From: Pavona decussata | Lineage: Eukaryota | Direction of reading: 5' to 3' | Assembly (NCBI GenBank): GCA_977016875.1 | Contig: CDRNST010000180.1 | Coordinates: 682,001 to 746,000 of the forward strand | Length of the DNA stretch: 64,000 nt | In this document: piece after piece, positions 1 through 13,100 of the stretch | Layout of the letters: the number at the start of each line of letters is the position of its first letter | How positions within the stretch are numbered: position 1 is the first letter of the stretch | Program-made: the position numbers and the translations under genes | The notes under the pieces: model-generated | Database searches by the model: none | Told to the model about the DNA's origin: nothing | Seen by the model: the letters and a program-made list of their open reading frames with translations, nothing else

Positions 1-267
1 TATTAAAAAGTGCAAAGTAAATTGGGTTTGTTTGCGAAGAAAATAGTTAAAACATACCCAAAATGAAAGATGATTTCCAAGAAAATGGTCAAATTTAGGT
101 CATGGAAAACTTGGAGAAGTCATGGAAAGTCATGGAATTTCAAAAGCTCAAAAGAGTATGAACCCTGGATCAATATAGCTGATACATGTTCTGTTGACTA
201 TTTGTATAAGTATGCACTTTATTGATTTGTAAAAATTAATAACAATAAAACATATTATGTTTTACAG

Positions 268-1078
268 CCACGCCGTATAGTAGCGATGTCAATTGCAGAG
301 AGAGTGGCCTGGGAGAGAGGAGAGGTCCTGGGAAAGAGTGTTGGGTATCAGGTAATAACCATAAATTTGTGTTGAATTTTCTTTATAGAGGACCAAGGGG
401 ATAAATGTACATCCTAAAAGACTCCTTTGCCTTTTGCATTAAAATCATGCCCTTTTTGCATGTCAAATACAGTGTAAGACCTTGTTATGAAAGGTTCAAG
501 TAAGTTAGCCTTCAAATTTTATTTTATTTATTTATAGTATATTTTTTGGACTAGTATCAACTGGTCTCACATTGAATTATCAAATTCCAGTTTTGTTTTT
601 CACCTAGACCATTCATGTATGTTTCCCTGAGTTTCAAATGGAGCTTACTATATCCATGTGAGAAAAATAAAAACAAGTAAATAACAAAAACCTTTATGAC
701 CAAGCATGTCCTGTACACATGTAGATATATTGTTTTTGTTCCATTCCTTGTTCACCTCTGGATCTCAAATTCATCTTGGTCCACATGCGAACAAAAAAAG
801 AAAAAAGGAACTCAACCAATTTTTCTACATCTGGACTGAAAATGCTTGGTCCGTAGTAACCACTGTTACATTGTATGTTACAGGTGAGGCTAGAGGGCAC
901 ACCTCCATCACAATATGGTCGAATATTGTTTTGTACTACAGGAATTCTACTAAGAAGGATGCAGACTAATGCTCTGTTGCAAGGTATCTGCATATACAGT
1001 ATATTGGCGTCATTTATGTGCTTTAGTCAAAGATGAGTGGTGTGGCCTCTAAACGTAGACAAAATTGGCATCATGATC

Positions 1079-1110
<32 letters not shown>

Positions 1111-4100
1111 CAACATCATCATCATCATCATCATCATCATTTTTATCATCATTATCATCGTCATTGGTGCCATTGTCATCCTCATCATCATTCCTGAGAC
1201 AACACTGCAATAATTTAATTTGACATGTTATGTTGTTGCCAGTTTCTTGTGAGTGCCAAAAAAGAATTGGCTTAGTCTTGACAAAATATGACATTATAGA
1301 CTACAATGATGGGATTCCCCAGCTACTCCAAATCTACATTCTCCTCTTTGAATGCTATACTTTCCTTTAAATAAATGTTAACTACACAAATTTAATTTCC
1401 AAGTTTGAATTTCTCTTCATTCTAAGTTCTTTTATTGGCAGGTGTCAGTCATGTTATTGTTGATGAGGTGCATGAGCGAGACATTAACACAGATTTCCTG
1501 CTGATCCTTCTGAAAGCGTTGCTTGACAAGAATCAGCTATTGAAGGTTGTTGTGATGAGTGCCACAGTCAATTCAGAGAGATTCTCTCAGTACTTTCATG
1601 GGTGTGTACCTTATATGCTATTAACCCTGTAAAACTATGTTTCCCTTCTACAATGAGGAGCCCTCTGCACGACAAGTACCAAGTGTTCATCTCACTAACT
1701 AAAAGTTCGGAAGTTACATTACCGTCATCAGAGAGATTTAGATTTGTGTTTAAACGCGAGATTCGTGTTTGCGTTTTCTTGAAAAAATTGGTATCTACAT
1801 GTCAATGAGAATAGTGCAAAATAATTCTGATCTTTGATGCTAACATAAAACTACTCAATTTTACTTGAGATACATCAATATTTCTAATCTAGAGTAAACG
1901 AAAATTAAATATTGCTGTTTTTTACTTAAATCAAAACTAAACGTGAGCATCTCCAAAAGACTGCCCAAGTTTGACCATTAAATTTTCTGAATTCACCCGC
2001 TGTGTAACAGAGTACCGTAACAGTCAAAGTGTCGGACAATCTTGTTCTGTTTGTTTTAGTATGGTTTCACCCATTCTGTAGCAGAGTATAACAGTTTTGT
2101 AGTACATGTATCTTACAGTCTTGTTCTGTTTTGTTTCAATGTCCAGCTGCCCCAGTTTGACCATTCCTGGCTTCACCCATTCTGTAACAGAGTATTTTCT
2201 GCATGACGTTCATCAGATGTTGGGTGGAATACCCTCAGCTGTTGGTCCATCACAGAGCAAACGATTCAAACCAAACAACAACTTTGTTATAAAGGTTTTT
2301 CACCCTTTATTACAATGATTTAGTTGATGATTATGAGTTTCTTCTTGTGGTAGTTACTTACATTTGTAACTAGTTTGCAATCTCTATATTCCGACTTACA
2401 TGAAATATATCTCTTTCAAATGAAATTTTGATAAACTGAGTTTTTGATTACATTCTGTGGTCATTTTGTAGAGCACTAAATACTGTTAATCATTTCTTGA
2501 GTTGATTTGTCGTGTACACGTACACTTAAAATTATTGGGTGGGCTTTTGCTACTACAACTGAGATAAAGCTGATCAGTTGATTCTTTCTGGTAATGGACT
2601 GAATTTCAAAGAAATTATTGAAAACGCTATTTTTTGCATGGTTTTAGCCAGAAAAGAGCACCCATTTTGAAGGAAAATGTTATTAACCTATTGAGCTAAT
2701 CTACATGTACTGAGAAGAAGCGATCTTGGTTGGGGGTGGGGGGGCATCTACCCTCCTTCCTGAAACTAGTTTCCTTCCATAAACATTTTTCTCTCAATGG
2801 TCCCCATTTTTATCACCAGACCCTCAATTTTTAAGCAAATTTAAAATAGTAGCTGTTTATCCCTGTAAAATAACTGTGTTTTATTTCAACACCCCAGCCC
2901 AGGTTTTATGACAACTCTTGCCATGGTGTGTAAACTACAAGCTTTCCATAATGAAGGTACTTTAAGGAGATTAAAAACTACATTTCAGAAGTATAGGGAA
3001 TGTTCATGTATGTGTTAAAAGAAACTTGCTTTACAACGTTTTGTATGCAAATTGGGTGGACAACTCTATGTGTATAAATCTGAACAACAAGCAAAGGTAT
3101 ACATCCACAGAACTAAACCCTTGCTTTTTCTAACAGAGTAATGCTTCTACTTAATTTTATAGAAACAACAGGGAAGTGTTTCCTTATCCATTTGGAAAAT
3201 AATCAATGGAAAGTGTATCAATGTTTTTTCATGTTTCTACAGAAATTCATTCAATCAAAGTGGCATTCCTAAAGACTTAATCAATTTGGATAAATTTCCT
3301 TGTGAAATCACAGCTATTCAATTCACAAGTCAGTGGCAGATTGTGGTAATCAGTACCTGAAAAATTCCATACTCCAAAGCTATAAATAGCATGTGGTATT
3401 TACAGACTAAAATGTTAATCAACGCATTAATTGAACTTTTTATTTTGGATGTTACCAGGGGATATTGCACCTTGTATTTTTTTTTTCAATTTCATTCAGT
3501 TAGAATATACCTGGAGCTGGGGTGTTGATTGCATTAATTTGTTTATAAAACATACATTCTCTTTTTAATTAAAAATTGTTCAGCTATCAGTTGTTGTTTA
3601 AGTTATTAAATTGGATATTATTTCAGGAAAGTGAAGTAATGCTTTCAAATGTTGAAAATTTTTACAATTTTGTCGAGGTGCTCAAAGATAAATAGCCATC
3701 AAAATCAATGAATTGTTTTCATGCAGGTACAAACTGACACAGAGAACCCAGAGGCAGACAGTGAACTTGTCAGTGAAACTATTCTGCATGTATGCAGGAA
3801 CTACCCAGAGGTAAAAACAGACCAGAACAGAACTTACAAGATATCATTATTATCATTCAGTCAATTACTGTAAAGTTCTGCAAATGAACTGTATTTGTTC
3901 CAAGGGCTTTACATTGGCTTATCTCCAAATTGGTTTTGTTTGACACAAACATACATGTAGCCTCCTACGCAGACGCTTTCTGGGCTGGACATGCATTCTT
4001 CCTCCATGAGGGGAGGAATGCATGACAAGCTCAAAGAGCGTCAGCATAGGAGGTAACCTGCAATCAGGCGTTATTTTTTTTCAAGGGAACATGAAAGTGT

Positions 4101-7100
4101 GGTGACCACCTACCCTCGTGCTGCCACACTTGCGCGCCCCTTCAAAAAAAGAACACCTGATCACAGGTGACATAGGAGACTAACACAACCACTACGCTAG
4201 CAGGTTAAAATAGTTAACTGTAACAGTCCACTGAAGGGCTTATTATCACATGGATTGTAACGTTTTGAGAGTTCATGGGAGCTTATACTCAGGGGGCTTA
4301 TATGTGTATTTTGGGAATTTTCCAGTATCTCAGGATACAAGGAAATAATTTAATAAAGAGATTTAGCATCGCGATTACGGCAAACGGCAAACACCAGGCT
4401 GAAATTTTCTCTTTGATGAAAAACCATGAAACCTTTTTGGTTTAAGCTTATCTTCGCCCAGTCAGCGACAGCTATCGAGCAAACACGAAAAAGAGAGAAG
4501 TGAGTATGAGAAACACAAGTTTATGCATTTTAGAACAAACAGTGGCTTGACATTTCCCGTTTGGCGTAAGCCGTAAACGCGAAGCTAAATCTCTCTAATA
4601 ATTTAATCAGTGGGCAAGGAAGTGAGGTATATGTGTAGATTCAAAATTGGTTCCTTCACAGATGAAGGAAGGAGATACGAGAGTGATGCCTGCACAGAGA
4701 TCAGGGTTAGCTAACCGAGCTTCTAAACTGTGCAATTTTATTGATTTTGTTTCATTTCTGTGTTTAACAGGGGGCCATTTTGTGCTTTTTGGCTGGCTGG
4801 GATGAAATCACAGTTGTCCATGATGTACTGTCGTCCAAAATAAATGATGTACATGTAAGGAATAACTTTATCCTTTGGGTCACAAAAATTGCAAGTTAGT
4901 GTAGTCTTCGTTAACTCGTGAGATTAACTAAAAATTATGACTTGAAAATTATAAAAACAGCATATAACATGTTTTGAACTCAAAAGCTATAAACATTGGT
5001 TATTTTTACAGCAGGAAGTTTTCATAACATTGACATTTTACTTTAAAATATGACAAAAGTTGCTCACAAAAATTGTCAAATTCTTGAAATTTCCAGATGT
5101 CAATTCTAGTCTGAGCACTTAAAAGAAAAAAGTCAACAAATTCTCCTGAAAAAGTCATTATTTCAAGTCATCAAGAACTAATGTACATGTGGGTACAGTA
5201 CGTATGTTCAAAATGGTGAAAGAAAGATGTCCTTAGTTCAGTGAAATGGAACATGGTTGAAGTAAGTCAATGAATAACTATTGTTTTGCAGAAACCTCAA
5301 TTCCTCGTTTTACCACTTCATTCCATGCTACCAATGTTTAACCAGCGCCAAGTGTTTGAAAGGTTAGTTTCTAATGCGCCAGTATTCACAAGCAAAACAT
5401 TTAAGGTCAATTGTTTCAGAAAAAGATTCTACAAACTTTGAGAATAGTGAAAAGAATTCTATTTTTCTCTCCGGTAGACTGTTCCACATGGTTCATTTAT
5501 TTCACACTATTTACACAACATTAACATAGAAAGAAAAGTATTACAACAGATGATTACAAAATAAAAATAAATACAGTATAAATTATAAAATGTGTGTGGT
5601 GGTCAAAGTAGCAAAGGCTTTCTAGTTGATCACCACCTACTTTAAAGTAAACAAAGAAATGACACTGAGCTTTATTGAGATACAACTTCCCTCCTGAGTA
5701 TATAAATTAATGTAGTTCTTGATTTTGGCAGTTTTTAATTTGTTGTGTTTGTGCCCAGTGTTATGATGAGATTGGGGAGGTTTAGTTTGCCAGGAGGTGT
5801 GATTTGAGGTCTGAGGAAACCTACAGCCTGTTCTTCCTGTAACACCCTCCTCGGTAAAAGAAAATTCATTTCTTCATTTATCATCGATTAGCTCTTCGCT
5901 ATTTGCAAGTCAGCCTAGTTTTAACTTAAAGTTCTGCTGTGAATAAATAAAACTTGAAAACTTGAAAGCATGGTAAATTATAAGCAATGTGTTTGGTGTC
6001 TAGGCCCCCTGTTGGAGTCCGTAAGATTGTGCTGGCCACCAACATAGCAGAGACGTCAATAACCATTGATGATGTGGTGTACGTGATAAATGCCGGCAAC
6101 GAGAAGGAGCAAATGTATGATGCAGCCAACAAGGTAGAGTAGAAAATCCGCTTGTTTTTGTTTGTTTGTTATTTTGGACGGTTATCTGTCCAGAGGAGAG
6201 TAAATAATGAACAGTGTCCAAATCCAATCCCAGCAGTATGCAGGATGTTTCTCCCATGAACCTAGTTTAATGGCCTTAGCTCCCACGAGTCTCCTGTAGC
6301 TCAGTGGCAGAGCATACGAACTAGTAATCGGTCAGGCTTGATTCCTGATAGGAGCACTCGACTTAATCAGTGCACTCCACTGTAATCTCTTCTCGTATTC
6401 ACTTTACAACAGGCGTGTGAAAGGTAGTCTCTGATCGAAGTAAAGAAATCCTCATTTTTATACTACTACATTGTGCATTCTGATTGGTCGTTGCTAAGCA
6501 CTTAATCATAAAAAGGTCGTTCAATGATACGTCAATTATAATGTCAATAAACGTTTCTTACGAAAACAAAACAGTCTCACAGCTAGACTAAATGGCGTAG
6601 TCTCCAACAACTTCAAGTTTCAGGTCTTCGTGTTCAAATATATGGTAGAACAACTTTTTAGAACAGTTTTAAAACAGTGAAAATGATGTATTATTCAGTG
6701 AGTGACATACATGTAGGCAAACTCGGAAAAAAGAAATCCGAGTGCTCCTATCAGGAGTGGAACTCAAGACCCTCTGATTAGTAGTTTAGTACTACAGGAA
6801 AGCACTTCATAACAGTAATAGCTTTCATTTAAATGGTCATACTTGGTTCTCGTCCTTGTTCCGAGAGTTTTTTCTCCGGGTACTGCGGTTTTTCCCTCTC
6901 CTCAAAAACCGACATTTCCAAATTCCAAGTCGATCTGGATTGTTGGCAAGCACTTAATCACGAGTCTCTGGCACGGGAGATTGCACAAGCACTTGCGTGT
7001 TATTGNNNNNNNNNNNNNNNNNNNNNNNNNNNNNNNNNNNNNNNNNNNNNNNNNNNNNNNNNNNNNNNNNNNNNNNNNNNNNNNNNNNNNNNNNNNNNNN

Positions 7101-10100
7101 NNNNNNNNNNNNNNNNNNNNNNNNNNNNNNNNNNNNNNNNNNNNNNNNNNNNNNNNNNNNNNNNATAACCACCTTGTTCAATGTCTGCCTCGTCCCCATA
7201 CGCCCCCGCTTCGTGCCCGTTCCCATGCTCCGCCAGTTCGTATTCGCGCTCATTCCCAAATTCCCTTATAAAGAAGGTAGGAGACTGTGGAGGAGGCAGG
7301 TTGAGTGTTGCAAACAGTACTTCAGGACTCCTAATAACCACTCTTCTTCCTTTTCGCTATTCTTCTGCCCGCAAATTGCTGCTACTTGCACAGGTTAACC
7401 AAGCTACTGTTTTTGTTAGGTGTCCTGTTTAATGACGCACTGGACATCCCAGGCTAGTGTAGTCCAAAGACGAGGCAGGGCAGGGCGATGCAAGCCGGGC
7501 TTATGCTTCAACCTTTTTACAAAGGAACAGTTTGAAAACATGGGTAGGTTTCTTCAGTAGCAACAGTCTACTTCAAGTTTGTGTTTCTGTGGTTTAGTTA
7601 ATTATTTAATTTTTTTGAAAATTCTTCTGCAGCGCGGTACCAGACAGCCGAGATGCAGAGGATTTCACTGGAGGAAATAGTACTGCAAACAAAGGTAAGG
7701 AGAAGCAGCCACACCATGAACAGGTTTTCTGTGGATTATCACACTTGGTGTTTTCATCCGTAGACTCAACAGTTAGAACCACTAGAGCTCGAACAAATCT
7801 ATCAAATTATGTTGTTTTGCTTGAGACAGACAAAAATCGAAAAATCTCTTTAATTTGAATGGCGAAAGTTTAGGATTTTATCCACAGTCTCAAAATGTAC
7901 AGCCTAGTTACGTAGATCGATGTTTGAGGAAAGAAAAGGAAGGATTCACAGTTACATAATATCAATCCTTTTCTGTTTGTCTTAAAATGCAGATCCAGTG
8001 TTCAGATCATTCGTGTAAGGTGCAGAAGTTTTTGTCGCAGGCTCTAGACCCTCCATCGCCAGTCGCTGGTAAGAAGAGTTGTCAGAAAGTCCTTGTCTTT
8101 TAGACTTCTTTTGTCAGTGAACCTCCCTTGCTAATTAAAAAGAATTACTACTTAACAGGAGCGAAGAAGCGCACGTGAATCCTTCAAATGTGAACCTTTG
8201 TAGTCTATGTCCTTTCGTTTCTCTATTTCTGAGCCTTTTTGTAAGAAATGTCCTGGAACGTTGGCAGTTAATGAAATGGACTGTAAGCTGCTGTCTCCAC
8301 TCAGCCTTATCCTTGAGTCATTCGGTGAAGAAGGGCTTACTATAGTGAAGTCTTTGGATTGTTTTTTTTTAAACATATTTTTGTGCCAAGCTAAGGCGAA
8401 ATCTATTAATTCTGTTAATTCTAGAATTTTTGGCAGAGTTTTGTTTCACGTGCATCCTTGAAGAAAATCTGAAGAATACGTAGATTCGAACTGATCCCCG
8501 ACCTTCATAAGTAAATAATTATATAAATTTGCGGTCATCCTTCAGGAGCATTGAGAAGTGGTTTATTCATTAGTGAGTATCGTGAATAACTCGAGTTTGT
8601 TTGGTTTGCAGTGCAAAGTGCGATATCAGAACTGCAGGAGATCGGAGCTATGGATAATCAGGTGAGTAACACACCTAATTTCTTAGTTATATCTTGGGTT
8701 GCAGTGGCGTCAAACACACTTCAAGTTATAGATAAGAATCCAATCTTTTGTTGTTGTTGTTGTTGTTGTTGTTGTACAGCTTTATTGGGTACAACTATAA
8801 ATGAAAAAGAAAAAAAGGTATGAACCCCAGTAGGGGTGGTGCGAACGGGACACGAGCGCCCATGCAAGACACCGCCCTGCACTGCGTTCGACTTTTTAGG
8901 CCGTTCGTCTCTCATTGTAAAGTGTACTTGCTGTGCTTCTCGTTGTTTGTATGGCTCAGACACACTGTGACAGCAATTTTTGGCAAAAACTGCTTGAAGT
9001 ACACTGTACGCGGCTAAGCTCCCAGCTCACTTTGCTTTATTGAAACAAATAAATTGCCTCTAAGCAGCGCACTAAGCCTCTTGTAAATGAAATTAAGTGT
9101 TGATCAGTTTTGCGTATTAAACTGTTGAAAAGGTAGAAGGTAATAAAATTCTTCATAATTTTGAACAACTGACACTGTCGGGGTTGTACTCTGTTTTTGA
9201 GGCACAAAGTGACGTCAGTGAAGAGTGGTTCAGCGAATTTTTAAAGGAAAGGAGTCATTGAAGAATTTTAAGGGGTCAACATTTGTAGGTTTTTCAAAAG
9301 TCTTCTCAGGTTTGCCATTTAATTTGCTGGGTCAGGAAGCCAGCTTTGTCGGGGTTTTGATCTAAGACCTCTCTCTTATCTACCGGAACACTGCTACGTG
9401 GAGAAGTAACATTATATTACCAGCCCTACTCCCCCCGGTGAGAGAAATGTTACTTCAACGAAGATCCCCCTACCCCCAGCATTAGCATTTTGTTAGGTTT
9501 TACTAGTGGTTTATTGGTAGGCATTTATACACCCCGGTGGAAAGAGACAATGTGGAGCAGAGTTGTCCAAGGCAGCAGTGTATGAGGCCAAGCCTAGAGC
9601 CAGTAGGCCATTTCCGAGTTGCTGTGAATCTCATTATGAAAGCGAGGCTTAGTGCAAAGCTTTCGATATGAAAATTAGTTTTGTTTGCATATGAATGAAG
9701 ACTAAAATTTATAATAAAAACTTTGCACTTAGCCTCGCTTTTACAGTGAGGTTCAAAGCAACCCGAAAATGGCCTATTGACTTTAATACAAAGGTGTCAC
9801 GCTGGTAACCCCAAGGCTACTACATTTCCTTATAAAAACTAGAAGCTAAAGAAGACGGAGATCGATGTTTTCTTTTTGCACTGATTCCAGGAGGATCTCA
9901 CATCCCTCGGAAGGCACATGGCGTATCTACCAGTGGAACCACGGATAGCAAAAATGATCATTTACGGCACAATCTTCAGGTGCTTGGATCCAGTGCTGAC
10001 AATCGCTGCAAGCTTAAGTTATAAAGATCCATTTGTGACACCACTCAACTGCCGCGAACAGGCTGATCAGGTAAAGAACCACCGCATACAACATGTGTTT

Positions 10101-13100
10101 AGTTTTTACCTTTTTGTGTAAAGAGGAAAAGGTTGAAAAAACTAATTGGAAGACGTAGATTGAGGAGCGTAAATTCGGTTTTGTGTCTTTTCAAAGCCTC
10201 CCTTTCTGAATTTTTTTTAATGGGAATTGTCACTCTCAAAATCCAGGAACAGCCATGAAAATACGTGACAAGTGCAATTCTGAAAAATGAATTCCATGAA
10301 AAAGCATTTACCTCATTAGATGAAAACTTGGCGACACTTAACTTTACTGAATTTAGCGATTAATGGCTAAAATAAAATGAGCTAAAATTACACTGCATTA
10401 ATAGTTACAGTTACAGTTCCGGCTTTGTTTCGTTCAAAATTAAGTTGTAGAACGTTGCATGGTGTTGTTTTTATCGCATTTTAAAAAGTGATTTGAATGG
10501 AGCTAAATGGTTGACGTTTATGATCCTTTCCCACAAAAAGTCCATTATCGTCATAAAACTCTTGAATAAATTGGCTTGTCTCAGTTCGTGAATTCGCGAA
10601 AATTAAGTGACATATCTTCTAAAATTTATGCAAGATCTTAAAAGTGTTGCTAACTACAGATTTTTTTTAAAGATCGCTAAATTAACGTGTGGCCAAAGTT
10701 TCGTGTAATAATGTATTTGGATTATCTTTCATTAGCAAACTCCGTTTATCCTCAATAGAGAATTCTTTCACACGCTAGCTAGGAACGTCCCAAATTTTTG
10801 TGTGTATCCTCGTCAGTCCTTTTTCCGGTAATTTAGAGCAAGTCCCATATTTGGGGTAAATCCCTTATTTGATTGTTTATCCTTTTCTGTTGTAGTCTCG
10901 CAAAGGTTTTGCGCATGGCAGTAGGAGTGATCACGTGGCATTATTAAACGCTTACAATGGATGGACTGAGGCCATGAGCCAGTCACGGGGGAAAGAGTTT
11001 GTTGATCAGCGGTTTCTTCATTGGGGCACGCTCAACATGATACGCGGTAAGTGGTGTTTTATTTTCTTTATTTTTTATTTATTGTCACACCAAGGACATA
11101 CACTTTACTGATGCAAACATAAAGTAAAAAAAGAAAGGAACACAAGATGGTAACTACTGACAGTGACGAGGACAACCTCGTTTGCAGGGTCTCCCCGGGA
11201 ACGAGGTTGTGTATTGTGACGTGGAGGCCTGAATGAAACTATCAAGCTTCTATGTAAATTAAAAGCCCGTTTAAACGGTTTCAACGTTCGCCCAACATTC
11301 GTTCAACAAAGTTGAACGGACGTTGGGCAAATGTTGGATGAACGAAGTGACCAGACTGTTTCAACGCCATTCAACATTTTCAAGACCAAAGGAAATGTTG
11401 AATCGATATTGAATGAAAGTTTAAACCATTTAAAATTTGATTCAACACACTTTCAAAATTTTTTCCCCTTTCAACAATGTTGAACGACCTGTTCAAACGC
11501 CCCCGACATTTCGTTCAACAACTGTGTTAAACACATGTTTTAGCCTCGTTAATTTATTTAATCAGCAGATTTAATGTAGATTTGGTGCTAAGTAAAGGCT
11601 GGTTTCCATATGATCGCAGACCTTATTGCGATCTGCGATCCGTGATCATATGGAAACCAGCTGCAGAAACAATTTAATGGTCAGACATCAAGCGGTCCCT
11701 TACATGCTGTGAAAACAATAATGTTCATTTACATTTCTTGACCAACGCAAAATAACTTTCCAAAACCACAAAAATATTTCTTCTTCATAGGCACTTTAAT
11801 TAAATATTAAATAATAACAAAAAATAAATAGAAAAAAATCGATTAAAAAAAAATTAGAGAAATTTTGTTCAAATTATTTTTAATATGACAAGCATTTTGT
11901 TGTGCTTAGGATTTTTTTGTTGGCTACCTTCAACTCTGGCGAACAGAAAAACAAAAGTATTTTACAATAGTTATTATTTCTTAGAAGTTACTGTTATTTT
12001 ACGGTGAGAAATAGTTCAATAACCTCGAAGGTAAAGTCAACATGTCTTCATCTCTTTTCGTTGCAGCCCCGTTGATACTTGTAGCTCACGTAGGATTTCG
12101 ATTAGAATGTAGTTGTATTTGAAGGTTCTTGCAATCCGTTGAACGAAGAAAGCAGAAAAAGAATCATTCTGTTCTAAGAGTTTTACTGAGGCTTTTCATT
12201 GTGGATTTTTTCTTAATTCTGATGATGACTTTGGCTCAGTCAGTGTCATCGATTTTTCCCACTAGTTAAAGGACCCTAGTCAGCCTCCGCCATTTTCGAT
12301 GCCATCGAAATTATTGATATTGCATGGTGAAACGAAATCTTATTGCTCTACTGTAAGTTGTGTTCCTGAAAGTATGTTTCATTATCTTTAGTAATTTCAG
12401 AGTGATTTCGTTCATTTCGACATGCTCCGAATAAAATATAATAGCCAAACTCTCGCATATAAACAAAAACAAAGGTGTGGCTGACGAGGGCCCTTTAATC
12501 GACTGAGACTCATGCGTTCCAAATATTATGAAAGTTTTCTGTGCTATCCCTCTGCAGTAGCGGTTGTCTCTCTGCCTGGTTGTCTTTACTCTTAAACCTT
12601 GGTCTCAGGTGCGCATTGCACGTCTAAGTTTGACGAAGGTTTAAACACGTTCGTGTTCATGGGATTGTTGTTGATCTTCTGTTTCGGAATGGTTTGTGAC
12701 ACCGGAATCATGTCTCCGTTCATGTCGATAGTGTACTTCCTCCCAAGCACCTTGAACACGGCAATTCTGATCTCCTTCAAACGGAAGCAGTAAACGAACG
12801 GATTCACGGACGAGCTCAGGTAGACGACAGTAGCGGAAAAGTTGTACAGGATGTTTAGTCGTGGGCCACCGCCCCGCTTCATTCTGACCACCAGTATGGA
12901 GATGAAGGGGATGAAAGAGGCAAGGAACAGAATGATAATGTACAGCATGGTTACTGCAGATCGCTTGAAGCTGTTTATGTCAGGAGCCAGACGAAGCTGA
13001 TCTTTGGTCTTTTTCTGCAGAACACGGACCTGAAAATAGAAAAACGATCAGTTATTACAGCAGGTTTCTAATCCAAGTCCAACTCCCTGAAATGTCTGAA

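Noticed and set aside
1049-1294. Poly-Asp ORF (81 aa), superficially like a coral acid-rich skeletal protein
   Set aside because: It is the translation of an intronic (CAT)n microsatellite, with no signal peptide or splice support.
6286-6360. Possible tRNA gene
   Set aside because: Decayed B-box and T-arm, no clean cloverleaf, and a second degenerate copy nearby indicate a SINE-like repeat.
6833-7432. Several ORFs across 7006-7164
   Set aside because: Most are open only because of the N-run; the flanks are repeat fragments.
12219-12260. ctgatgatgact... possible hammerhead remnant
   Set aside because: No GAAA half of the core follows; at most a decayed repeat.
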